IMG/VR virus record: IMGVR_UViG_3300024054_000008
Location: 1 to 64,000 of that record
DNA: 64,000 nt
Reading direction: 5' to 3' (one strand)
Origin: a virus
Shown: positions 49,001 through 57,989 of the stretch, in pieces
How positions within the stretch are numbered: position 1 is the first letter of the stretch
How the letters are laid out: each line of letters begins with the position of its first letter
The notes under the pieces: generated by a model
What the model was told of the DNA's origin: nothing
Database searches by the model: none
Seen by the model: only the letters and a program-made list of their open reading frames with translations
Position numbers and translations under genes: made by a program

Positions 49001-51845
49001 CACTCTGATCAGTAGTTACTGACTCAATTTTGAAACAAATTGAGTCACCAATCTTTATGAAATCTTCTACGCCATTTGGGTTTACAGTATATTGATGTCT
49101 ATTAAAATACCAGTCCCTTTTTAAACTCGGTATTTTTCCAAGCCTGAAAAATATGTCTCTGGCTAATATTGCTGAATTACGTTTATTAAACGCAAATCCA
49201 TTGTTAGTTTTATTGCAAGCGTCAATCATCCCTTGCAATACAAATTTTTGTTTTGCAATTGGAAGCACAACAATCCATTCTGGCACAGAATTTGACAAAT
49301 TTTTTAAAGCCCAATCCACAAAAATTGGGTTTTTATTTGTGTCTATATACACATTTAAATAATTTGATACAACACAATCACCAAATATCTCAGTAAGAAT
49401 ATTGTTTAAATTATTAGAAGAATTTTCATCAACACATTTTATTTCAAAGTAATTGATACCACCACGTTTAACTATTCGACCAGATGAAAGCCAATAGCCT
49501 ATAACATACAAAAGCTTATCATTCACATTGAGTGAATGCGGAAAATTAATAAATGTACCATTTGATTTAACACAATCAAACCATTCGGCCGGAATCTTAT
49601 CCAAAGGATTCCATACAGTCTTTGATCCTTGACTACCCTTAATAGACTCCTTTACGTATAAAGGAACACCAACTTCTTTAGATAGGCCGGCAATTATACT
49701 TGTTATTGTATGCAACCCAACTTTAAATTCTTTAGCAAATTCTCCACACGATTTTATGGCGGGCCCAGTCAATGATAAAACAAACCCGATTATCTTTGAT
49801 CGAATTTCGTCATTACTAATTTTATTATTTGATTTCTTTCTACGTATAGAATATCCGAAACCAGCTTGTGTGTATTTATCATTATCAATTAATTTTATTG
49901 TGTCTATGTCTATAAACTCAGTTGGCCAAGTAACACGAACATAATCATTAGAATTTAGGCTTTCGGAGTCTACAAATACAAATTCATTGTTCCTGTAAAC
50001 CTCAATCGGATGATTAAAAAACCCAACTGAATCGGGAAGTCCATTTATTTTTATATTAGATATAAATTTTGATTCTCTTGAAAATACAGCCTTAACTCTT
50101 TTGAATCTTCCTTCGTTAGTCAAAAGTCTGTCGTTTACACTTATATTTTTTGCTTGTTTAACACCATTAGATGTTCTTATAAGAGTCGATTTGCTACAAC
50201 ACATACCTTGCAACCAATATTCATGTGTAGCATCATAAAGAGTCTGGAATAGCTTTATTCTAGTACACATTTGTTCAAAAAAATGGAGTATTTGTCGATT
50301 TCGTACCTGGTCTTTTCCTTTTGGCAAGGAAAGACGAATTTTGCTCATTGGTACGTCAGTATTATGAGTCGCTAATCCATAAGCTACATAACTTTTTCTC
50401 TTTCCTTCGCCATCAACTTCAATGTTATACACGGAACCAGTATATTGAATGGCTTCGGCCTTTTCTATTTTCCTTAATGTATTAGAACCAATCCGAACAC
50501 AATATTCACGAGTTGTGTTAGCACTATAGTTACCACGCACAAAATTAGCATATTTTGAGAATTCGGTATAAAAACGATACGGAATTATTATACGATAAGT
50601 TGGTCCGTTTGACTTAAAACCAGTGTTATACTGTTTTGGTTCACTAGAATGAAGTGTTGGGGCAAATCCGACCTTTAAAGCTAAAGCATAAATTTGATGA
50701 GCCAACTGCTTTGACACTGTAGTAGCAACATACCCATTTTTAGTAAGACTTCCATCTCCATTCCAATATGCACCTAAAAACTCAAGTATGTCTTCCCTTG
50801 GTGAGTCAATTATGTCTTGGCTCAATTTCTTATTATGCGATCCACTTCCAACATGTTTAAAACAAAACTCTGCAAAATCATTCTTGTAACATCTAATTTC
50901 ACATGCATTGCAATCCTTCCTAATGTATTTCCGTGAACGATGATTATACTCAACATCAAACATTTCAGTGATTTCATTTGCAATAGTATCGAATTCATTG
51001 ATGTTTAAAGTAAATACAACCCTATCAAGTTTTCCATATTCCGTGCGCGATAATGAACCCTCAGCTGCATAATAACCAAGCAATCGCAGTTGTGCTATAC
51101 TAAAAACAGACTTAGAACTGACCATAGATGGCGAACATATATAATCACCAATCTTTAAATCTTTTGCAAACACAAATTGTGGTTCACCTATACCAAATCC
51201 TGAACATCGGTTCTGTTTACAAACAAATTTTGTACCGCTCTTACAAACTCCAACATTTTGTTTATGAAATTTGCAATCAACTTGTTCAGCACGATAAACC
51301 AAAAACGGATGATTTCCAGTACAATCAATGTTACCCTGAATACCACGAACCTTTAAACGAATTACTTCATCACATATATCATGTTTAAAAGTACGAACAA
51401 CTTTTGTTGATTCACCTAATCCGTTTATTACTTCATCACCCACATTTAATGATTCTATGGGATTGACTGACCCATCTTTCATCATAACTGGGGCGCCAGG
51501 CGGGAAACAATGAAAATCTATGGCGGCACCAACTATTGGGTGCTTTGTGTACCAAAATCTAAATAGCTCCCTTTTTTCACGTTCAGACTGTGGTTGCTCA
51601 AGAAAATCTGTAGAAAGCTGAGGGCTGTAAAACGAAAAATCGGCGCTTTTAATATTGGCATTATTAATATTAGAGAATCCACCAGTATTAGAAAAAGAAG
51701 CAACACGAATTGATTGAGCTGCTTCTCTTCTGGCTTGCTTTTCAAGACGAGTCAATCTGTTCTTAGGCACAGATTGACTATCGACTCTAATAATCTTTTT
51801 TCCACCGTTCGCGTTTGGTTTAACACCAAGTTTCTTGCCAGGCAT
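46098..51845 (-). CDS. Portal protein interrupted by three inteins (1915 aa precursor, ~596 aa spliced)
   Basis: Spliced extein reads WYTKHPIVGAAIDFH-TDVPMSK...HEYWLQGM-CYIF...HLAHKKSAYDDRGVSLIER-CLHDL, portal-like motifs; lies downstream of TerL and upstream of protease and MCP. Confidence 0.85.
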   Translation of the reverse strand: MPGKKLGVKPNANGGKKIIRVDSQSVPKNRLTRLEKQARREAAQSIRVASFSNTGGFSNINNANIKSADFSFYSPQLSTDFLEQPQSEREKRELFRFWYTKHPIVGAAIDFHCFPPGAPVMMKDGSVNPIESLNVGDEVINGLGESTKVVRTFKHDICDEVIRLKVRGIQGNIDCTGNHPFLVYRAEQVDCKFHKQNVGVCKSGTKFVCKQNRCSGFGIGEPQFVFAKDLKIGDYICSPSMVSSKSVFSIAQLRLLGYYAAEGSLSRTEYGKLDRVVFTLNINEFDTIANEITEMFDVEYNHRSRKYIRKDCNACEIRCYKNDFAEFCFKHVGSGSHNKKLSQDIIDSPREDILEFLGAYWNGDGSLTKNGYVATTVSKQLAHQIYALALKVGFAPTLHSSEPKQYNTGFKSNGPTYRIIIPYRFYTEFSKYANFVRGNYSANTTREYCVRIGSNTLRKIEKAEAIQYTGSVYNIEVDGEGKRKSYVAYGLATHNTDVPMSKIRLSLPKGKDQVRNRQILHFFEQMCTRIKLFQTLYDATHEYWLQGMCCSKSTLIRTSNGVKQAKNISVNDRLLTNEGRFKRVKAVFSRESKFISNIKINGLPDSVGFFNHPIEVYRNNEFVFVDSESLNSNDYVRVTWPTEFIDIDTIKLIDNDKYTQAGFGYSIRRKKSNNKISNDEIRSKIIGFVLSLTGPAIKSCGEFAKEFKVGLHTITSIIAGLSKEVGVPLYVKESIKGSQGSKTVWNPLDKIPAEWFDCVKSNGTFINFPHSLNVNDKLLYVIGYWLSSGRIVKRGGINYFEIKCVDENSSNNLNNILTEIFGDCVVSNYLNVYIDTNKNPIFVDWALKNLSNSVPEWIVVLPIAKQKFVLQGMIDACNKTNNGFAFNKRNSAILARDIFFRLGKIPSLKRDWYFNRHQYTVNPNGVEDFIKIGDSICFKIESVTTDQSDIVYNFEVEDDHTYQAGFISTHNCYIFAEDHDIEIPDELLLNEVEEEIGEIDEQGILQTRKEKTYVEKSAEEQIATIKEYVIKNYQGWQRLRILPPEQIRLEVFQYTDKVKIDLIPSDKDRLVVMKAMQDGDEDAVRIAEDIPEQIRENLESGKPIPLNTSPYDDYLCSSFVYHLAHKKSAYDDRGVSLIERCHLPGTEVTARRNGQILQVPIEKLNPETDEVLGGSGHWRKFQCGQRSYDGKITGLNVHKLPSTIWSTSDHKLQILRQDELIDTEAIDVMPGDYLKVVSVKSEKLLNKFDLFTFFQEEEWVFRCRRSQIDLPLFINVEESGDDTLVLHYLFNDKNPQRISRKERLYEICDWIKNLEAPIEITSSAFISKFDLSDDSVYKSIISDLESLGYAIPCIKSDLKYKPIARLFRPAHVDPSILYEIRVNKICPRWLDLNGDLGYLVGYYLGDGWTETSKPSATKYGPSGICWQQDSENSQKSAEHIFNIAENLGLNISCHNYELGWMHFHDDWFSRWIGRSFGHNKNDKCLPEWINETPESFKFGILRGLIDSDGSVSKGKYNSNTINISVTTKNLVQQLFIMCTGLGLSPSYKIRTKTKPVRQANGTYCKNPKPLHTLNFSIRNDVASIKSSGFTPKLSKFNVDPPCVISLDIKSKNWCGNTYYKVKEVLSDRFSGDVFSLNVEVDHTFFAGFSLTKNCLHDLIFSDKLRQAQTSIASRAMTPKRVVWADKMSTIDTDDLRDQVDQALIDPDFSIVTNFEVHWDEIGSRDRLLDLSSEYEITNKRLFIGLRVTEPMLTGESTYAGERIHLDVMNTMYLLYRESLAEYVEQYLFAPVAHKKGFYETDEFGNRILLFPKLQFTRLALRDNTELQDFMFNLYQKGSLPIDYILELINIDTDDVHARLKSDMFTPKDAVFNEVIRKILEEAATSIVEKTDVVDRLIKNMGLTKTGKDGGDRFGE
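46887..48425 (-). mobile_element. Portal intein 3 (513 aa), LAGLIDADG
   Basis: CHLPGTEV start; STSDHKL block B; LVGYYLGDG / ILRGLIDSDG; ends VFSLNVEVDHTFFAGFSLTKN with +1 Cys. Confidence 0.92.
48933..50201 (-). mobile_element. Portal intein 2 (423 aa), degenerate LAGLIDADG motifs
   Basis: CCSKSTLIRTSNG start; ends VYNFEVEDDHTYQAGFISTHN with +1 Cys; motifs VIGYWLSSG and VLQGMIDAC lack the usual acidic-Gly ends. Confidence 0.9.
50361..51509 (-). mobile_element. Portal intein 1 (383 aa), LAGLIDADG
   Basis: CFPPGAPV start; CTGNHPFLV block B; LLGYYAAEG / FLGAYWNGDG; ends ATHN with +1 Thr. Confidence 0.92.
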
Positions 51846-51877
51846 GATTCAACCCAAGTTCAAACTTACCACTCAAT

Positions 51878-52210
51878 TTAAGATTGATTATTGAAATTTT
51901 CTACTATGCGATCTCTGTCTGAAATAAATCTACGCACATGCTTAAATGCAGTGATAAATTTACTTCTGGAAACTAAAATAATTTTAGCTAATTCATTAAG
52001 CCTGGAATGTCTAAATGCCAATATTATTTCTGGATCACGGGAAATTTTTATAGCTGACAAAATTTTTGTTACATCGTTAGAAATGTCATTCAAAGAATCA
52101 TTCAATTTAGCAAATTTAGTATCCAATTTATCTATTGAGTCTAAAATTTGAAAAACCGAATCAGATTTTTCATGTTTCCTTAATTCGTTCTTCCTTAATT
52201 CATGATTCAT
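51878..52210 (-). CDS. Hypothetical coiled-coil protein
   Basis: 110-aa ORF between TerL and portal. Confidence 0.5.
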   Translation of the reverse strand: MNHELRKNELRKHEKSDSVFQILDSIDKLDTKFAKLNDSLNDISNDVTKILSAIKISRDPEIILAFRHSRLNELAKIILVSRSKFITAFKHVRRFISDRDRIVENFNNQS

Positions 52211-52449
52211 TATACAACAATACTATTATTATTTATAGAAGCTTCTATGCATGTCTCAAGAATAGAAACATGACTCATGTCACCGTCTAAAAGCAACTCC
52301 CAAGAGCCGCCATTGTGGTAAAAATTTGAGCATATGTTTAGAAATTCATTTTCATCTAACTCTTGGTCAGCACCCCATGAATGATTTATTAATTGACGAA
52401 CAATGCGCCAAGCTGACGTATCTTTTACACCAAGTTGACTAGATTTCAC
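52210..52449 (-). CDS. Hypothetical protein
   Basis: 79-aa ORF, stop/start overlap with the next gene. Confidence 0.45.
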   Translation of the reverse strand: MKSSQLGVKDTSAWRIVRQLINHSWGADQELDENEFLNICSNFYHNGGSWELLLDGDMSHVSILETCIEASINNNSIVV

Positions 52450-52480
52450 ATTTAAATATTACTACTAACAATTCAATGAT

Positions 52481-54415
52481 TCAACGTCTCCTATTTTGGA
52501 TAGGAACGATTCTATTTTTGTCTGGCAACCCGTGCATTCTAGTTCTAATTCTTTGATAGTGTTTATAACTTCTGATCGGTGAAACATTCTGACCGCCTTG
52601 AGACGCAATATAATTTTCGTCAGTTAAAACATCTGGATGATCCTTTACAAATTCAGCCGCCAACAAAATGCTTCTAGCTAACGCATCAGACATATCATCG
52701 TGCTTACCTGAAACATCAGGTGCTGCTACTGTCATTATATTTTTTTCTGATGCGGTTGATTGTAGTTCTAATAATTCTTGTATCAGTGGCGAATGACGAA
52801 TCATACCACTATCATCTAATAATATCTCAGGTACTGGATAATCATATAGTCTAAGTTGTTGACTATACATAAACATCTTGAATGTTTGATACATTTGAGA
52901 CGATCCAACTTTAAAAAAATTTCTCATTTCAAATTGTGTTAAACCGCGTTTGTGTAATTCATTTTCGAAAACTATTCCGACCCATTGGTCAAACAATCCT
53001 TTTTGTATATAAAATCTTTTCGATAATGCTAATATCCAGTCCGATATTTGTTCTAGATCCAATCTTTTAATATCGTGTAAAATCTTCGCGTATGGAACTA
53101 TTGGTTCTGACAAATGGGGGTTGACTTCTTCCCATCTTTTTCCGGCATACCAAACTTCATGATATGCAAGTTCAATTTTACCTTTATTTATATGAGTTAA
53201 AGCAACTGCGGAACCGTCTTCTACGAGACCAAGATCGAACCCAAAAAAATACGGTTTTCTTGGAGAACCGCGAAATGCTGGTTTTAAATCAACATCAACA
53301 CAATTTGTCAAATCTGTTGCATTCTCTATCCAACCACGAACACGATCAGAGAATTGAGCACCAAACTCAGTCCAAAATTTATTTGGATCTTTATGATATT
53401 CTGTTTCGTAGTATTCAGTAGATATAGTTGGGTTTATTTCCCACGTTGGAGCTTGTAGCATAAGCATATTTTTTGAAGCCGCAGAATTTTCAAGCGACAT
53501 TTGATATAACTTAAAAAAGAATCCAGATTTAGCATTTGGGGACGAAATTGATATAACGCGACCATCTGATGGTCCGATTGGCACATGTTTATTGTTAATA
53601 TCTTTAGGAGAAAAAGCAGCAGTGCTTGGTGTTATAGCATTGTAAACTTTATCGGCTGACGTGCCACCCTCTTCCACGAAGTGTGCTAATTCGTCCAAAA
53701 TCAGAAGTATTGTACCACGACCACGAAGCCCTTTAGCAACAGAACTTTTGAAGGTTGCTTTAATGGTTGCTTTGCCACGACCGAAAACTACTCTATCATT
53801 TTCAGTTTGGAACCTCATATATGTTTGTGTATTGTTAAAAAGTGATTTTTTGAAAAAATCAACTCTTTCAACATGACCTTTCATATCATTGAAAACAATT
53901 GACGCTTGATCTTTATCATTTGCTATGCAAAACAACTGAATTTCTGAATTTGGTGGTATACCATAAAAACCTTGCGGGTTTCCTCTTGCTATCAATTTAT
54001 ACAGTTCATACGCAGCAAACAAAGCAACTAAAGTACTCTTTGAACCTCTTCGACCAATAACTAATATTAATTCACGTCTGTCTTTTCCGTCTTGTTCTTT
54101 TATGTTGCAACGGCCTTGATCATACAAGTACTTTAAATATTCAGTCTCAGTGAAAGAGTATAAGACTTTAGTATTAAATTTATCAGTTACATTTATGGTT
54201 TTTTCTTTATAATCTAATGGAATGTTATAATATAACTTAACTATGAATTTTTGTGCTGGATATAAACCATATGGCAATAATTGAAATCTGTCAATAAAAT
54301 CTAATACTGATAAAAACTCAGATTTATCTGTATCATAGTCAACACGTTTATCATCTAAAAATTTATTAACCGCACCAAGCAGTTGACTCTGAAAAGTCCG
54401 TTCTACACTAGGCAT
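52481..54415 (-). CDS. terL: Terminase large subunit
   Basis: Walker A VIGRRGSKS, Walker B LLILDE, coupling motif ISSP, nuclease motifs FFGFDLG and KHDDMSDA. Confidence 0.93.
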   Translation of the reverse strand: MPSVERTFQSQLLGAVNKFLDDKRVDYDTDKSEFLSVLDFIDRFQLLPYGLYPAQKFIVKLYYNIPLDYKEKTINVTDKFNTKVLYSFTETEYLKYLYDQGRCNIKEQDGKDRRELILVIGRRGSKSTLVALFAAYELYKLIARGNPQGFYGIPPNSEIQLFCIANDKDQASIVFNDMKGHVERVDFFKKSLFNNTQTYMRFQTENDRVVFGRGKATIKATFKSSVAKGLRGRGTILLILDELAHFVEEGGTSADKVYNAITPSTAAFSPKDINNKHVPIGPSDGRVISISSPNAKSGFFFKLYQMSLENSAASKNMLMLQAPTWEINPTISTEYYETEYHKDPNKFWTEFGAQFSDRVRGWIENATDLTNCVDVDLKPAFRGSPRKPYFFGFDLGLVEDGSAVALTHINKGKIELAYHEVWYAGKRWEEVNPHLSEPIVPYAKILHDIKRLDLEQISDWILALSKRFYIQKGLFDQWVGIVFENELHKRGLTQFEMRNFFKVGSSQMYQTFKMFMYSQQLRLYDYPVPEILLDDSGMIRHSPLIQELLELQSTASEKNIMTVAAPDVSGKHDDMSDALARSILLAAEFVKDHPDVLTDENYIASQGGQNVSPIRSYKHYQRIRTRMHGLPDKNRIVPIQNRRR

Positions 54416-54992
54416 CGAAAGCCTTTAATTCTTCAATCATTTTCTGTTCCCACTCAGGAAGGTCAGATTGAATTTGACCAAATACAATATCGATGTCAGC
54501 TTTACTTATTTTTGATTTTTCCATACAATTATAGAAAAATTCCATCCAAATTTGAAACAATTTCTGCACTTTAGGCGATTTAAAATCAAGCGATTCATCA
54601 ACGAAAGTTTGTCTTTTCTTAATCAAAACTTCAGATAACGATTTTAAACTAGCGATTCTTGCTATTGTGTAATTTGATGGATTTTTACCATCTTTTATCG
54701 CCTGGCGCCGTTCCCATTTTAAATGAGCTATTTCTTCAGTTATCTCTTTAATTACTAAATCTAAAAAATTAGATGACCCGACCTTTTCATTAATTGCTTT
54801 TACTAAAGATTGTTTATTTACAAAAATTTCTCTTTCACGTAAACTTTGATCGATTTCGTCTGGATCAATTATTTCAGGAGTTGGAACTTGACCACTCTGA
54901 CCAATTACATAGTCAGCACCAATATCAGACGGATCAACTATCTGACCATCTAAAACAATTTGAACGCCATTCTGTTTTTTAGAATGGGCCAT
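54408..54992 (-). CDS. Candidate terminase small subunit
   Basis: ~195-aa helical protein overlapping the TerL start; called by position only. Confidence 0.4.
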   Translation of the reverse strand: MAHSKKQNGVQIVLDGQIVDPSDIGADYVIGQSGQVPTPEIIDPDEIDQSLREREIFVNKQSLVKAINEKVGSSNFLDLVIKEITEEIAHLKWERRQAIKDGKNPSNYTIARIASLKSLSEVLIKKRQTFVDESLDFKSPKVQKLFQIWMEFFYNCMEKSKISKADIDIVFGQIQSDLPEWEQKMIEELKAFDA

Positions 54993-55003
54993 TATTAACA
55001 ATA

Positions 55004-56908
55004 CTAATCTGTCAACACAAATGGTTCTATGTTAATGTCAATGTTATTACTTTTAACTGATTCGACATCAAATGACAATTCAGAAGCCAATTCATACTTT
55101 TCAATCGGATTTTCAACAGTTTCTTTTGTTATAGGAACGTTCTTTTTCTTGAATGCAACACGCGCTTCATCTGGTATGCTTCTAAGTAAATCTTTTGCGT
55201 ATTTTGAACATTTTCCAGGAACAAGTTGATAAGTGCACCCAGTGCACTTATCACCAGCAACCAAATACGGGACATTGTTCTTCTTGAACATAGAAGAACC
55301 TCTTGAACAACCTTGGCCATAATCTGGATAGACGGATGGATCTATAAAATAATAGCCCTGCACACCATCATTATTTGATGCATATAAACCAATTTCTGGT
55401 GCTCTAACCAGATCTGATTTAGTATACATATTGGTTATGGCAGCAACAAGCCTTGAACCTTTTAGACCAACATTTAAAAAATGAGAGATTGCAATTCTGA
55501 TATCATTCAAATTAACCTTTGACTCATTTGAGTCAAAGGTTTGTCTACCATGGAAGAAAGAACTAGAACCGCTGGCATATTTATTAACGCCACTAGCCGG
55601 TTCAAAAACATTAAGTTGAGACGTTAAACGTCTCCAATCCATATTATCAGTAACATTTGATGTTATCACACGAGCTTGATCAAATGTTATGCGATTTTGT
55701 TGTAAAGCCCTTTCAATTGCGCACGCAAATGAACTCCTTTCTATCTTCTTTGTATTCTTTGTTATCTTATGTGATTTACACAATATTGAACATGCACCGT
55801 CATTGAGATTTTTACAAACTTCACAAGATGAATTTCTTTTAACTATATAATCTGGGGATAAATTTCTTTCTTTAATAAATGAAAGAGTTTTTCTACATCC
55901 GCCTAAAGCATCCATATCAAGATAAGAATAACCAAGCAAGCCATATTCATTAGAAAGAGTGCGAAGTTCTGAGTCGGTTGAACTTAATAAAACATTCCTG
56001 TCATCAAACCCCGCCATCATACGGCGAGCATATGCCATATACGCTGGACCAGGCAATTTGACAGAGGCTTGTGATTGTCTATTTAAAAAATTGTTTACAT
56101 CAGTTTCTGTTGGATTATACTTAACTGGTTTATCTTGTTGTCTTACAGTTTGGACTACATCAGATCTAAACCTGATAACAGGGGACAAAAAAGAAGCCCG
56201 TAAGCGTTCTTTAACATCACCAACACTGCTGTATTTGCGACCACTCTCATCAAAATATTTAGAATAATGACCAAACAAACGTTCATCATATGGAACTGAA
56301 CTAACCAACCGTTTTTTAAACGAAGAACAAACGCCAGAATTATTACAAACACAATCAGAACATTCTTGTCTTGCTACAACAAAAACTGCATGTTTACAAT
56401 AATCATTTGCTACTTTTATATTATCGCCACCTTGTGCACAACGCGGAAAATGAGAAGAATTTATATAAACATTTCCAAGTAAACCACGTTCATCTATAAC
56501 TTCTTTAATAACTGGCAAATGTTTCCTTAATTCTGGTTCACCAAATTCCAAAGTTAGACGATTTTTAGTATCTTCAAGACCAAAACCTGACATAACATAT
56601 GAAGCAACACGATTTCTTATGGATGTTTCTGAATCAATAACACCAAGTGGGGCAGATGTTGATTTGCTATTTACTACAGTATGAGGACGAAGTGGTATTA
56701 TAGACGGAACTGGTTCATTCGGTTCTTTTCTTAAAGCATGTTGAAGTTCTGGTATAATATCAAGATTTTGTTTTGGTAACGCCTCATATTCTCTATATAC
56801 TTGTTCATCAACTGCTAACCACGATAAATCAGCAACACCTTGGTTGTGTAGGATGTCTCTGATATCATCCATACCTCTGTCAGCATCAATATCACGTTTA
56901 ATAGTCAT
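55004..56908 (-). CDS. Hypothetical protein with three Cys-rich internal repeats
   Basis: Repeats of G(L/V)xG..Y(I/L)(D/N)...C...CxxC-x6/7-CS. Confidence 0.6.
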   Translation of the reverse strand: MTIKRDIDADRGMDDIRDILHNQGVADLSWLAVDEQVYREYEALPKQNLDIIPELQHALRKEPNEPVPSIIPLRPHTVVNSKSTSAPLGVIDSETSIRNRVASYVMSGFGLEDTKNRLTLEFGEPELRKHLPVIKEVIDERGLLGNVYINSSHFPRCAQGGDNIKVANDYCKHAVFVVARQECSDCVCNNSGVCSSFKKRLVSSVPYDERLFGHYSKYFDESGRKYSSVGDVKERLRASFLSPVIRFRSDVVQTVRQQDKPVKYNPTETDVNNFLNRQSQASVKLPGPAYMAYARRMMAGFDDRNVLLSSTDSELRTLSNEYGLLGYSYLDMDALGGCRKTLSFIKERNLSPDYIVKRNSSCEVCKNLNDGACSILCKSHKITKNTKKIERSSFACAIERALQQNRITFDQARVITSNVTDNMDWRRLTSQLNVFEPASGVNKYASGSSSFFHGRQTFDSNESKVNLNDIRIAISHFLNVGLKGSRLVAAITNMYTKSDLVRAPEIGLYASNNDGVQGYYFIDPSVYPDYGQGCSRGSSMFKKNNVPYLVAGDKCTGCTYQLVPGKCSKYAKDLLRSIPDEARVAFKKKNVPITKETVENPIEKYELASELSFDVESVKSNNIDINIEPFVLTD

Positions 56909-56912
56909 TAAA

Positions 56913-57989
56913 TCACGCCCTTGCCATCAGTTTGGCAACATCTGATATGCATTTCAGTAAAACATCAGACGCAGTCTTGTTTTTAGTGTTTGATATCTGC
57001 AGAGATATCAATTGTCGATGAATATCAGTCAATGAAGATTTATGTGTGGAAGCAGTCTTGGCAACTGGGAATGTGTCCATTGAATCATTCACATAAATTT
57101 GATGCCTAAGTTTCAGACATCGTATTATATCACTAGCTAAATATTGTCTAAAACCATTACCAGTTTCCTGTAAATACGAAAGAATATTTCTCCGTGTTAT
57201 ATTTTTCTTTCCGTATTTCTTAATAAAATCAGATGCAAGTTGGCCAGCAATATCAGTATTGTTGGCTGTTCTAGTATTTCTATCGTAGTTCATGGCCAAC
57301 AACTTTCCTCCAGAATCATCGTCTTGATTTGATTTTGGATAGTTAACATTCTCTGCATATTCCATTGATGGAAACCCATAAGAATCCTGTAAATCTTCTA
57401 TTTCATAACCAGACCAAAAATTACCAAGTGAACTTAAAAAGTTATCCAATGTAACATCATTCTTTCTTGGTATGGGCAAAGACTCAAGACTAGAATAAGA
57501 CCCCGAATCTTCATCTGCCCAATAATCACTTTCAGAGATATAATCTTTCAGACCAAGTACTAATCTGTCGTAATAATCAGATCTAGAAGATGGGTTTTGA
57601 TCATCTGACGGTAATTCTGAATGACGCTGTATGGTCGGTCCAGCCAAATTTCCTTCAAAATCTGAATACTCTGGCAATTTTGGCGTTGTAGGACCGGTCG
57701 GATTATTTCTCCAACCTCTCCAATGCCCCTTCTCGTTAGGTGGTAAATCATAATCACCTGGCAACATAGATGGTGACGAAACCTTAGGAGTTTGTGGGTA
57801 ACTTAAAAATTCAGGATTGCTTAATGGATTATCTGATGGACCACCATCCGGAAGGCTTTTCTTAGGTGCATCAAACTCTTCGTCATCTTCACCTTTTTTA
57901 GATGCGTCACTTACTGAATCGTATGGTCCTATACCAAAATCTTTAAGTTTCCTAAACGGGGAGATTGGAGATGGCAAATTAGATGGCAC
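56913..57989 (-). CDS. Hypothetical acidic/Pro-rich protein (putative virion/head protein)
   Basis: GTG start at 57989 with upstream AAGGA; KTAS motifs near the C-terminus. Confidence 0.55.
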   Translation of the reverse strand: MPSNLPSPISPFRKLKDFGIGPYDSVSDASKKGEDDEEFDAPKKSLPDGGPSDNPLSNPEFLSYPQTPKVSSPSMLPGDYDLPPNEKGHWRGWRNNPTGPTTPKLPEYSDFEGNLAGPTIQRHSELPSDDQNPSSRSDYYDRLVLGLKDYISESDYWADEDSGSYSSLESLPIPRKNDVTLDNFLSSLGNFWSGYEIEDLQDSYGFPSMEYAENVNYPKSNQDDDSGGKLLAMNYDRNTRTANNTDIAGQLASDFIKKYGKKNITRRNILSYLQETGNGFRQYLASDIIRCLKLRHQIYVNDSMDTFPVAKTASTHKSSLTDIHRQLISLQISNTKNKTASDVLLKCISDVAKLMARA

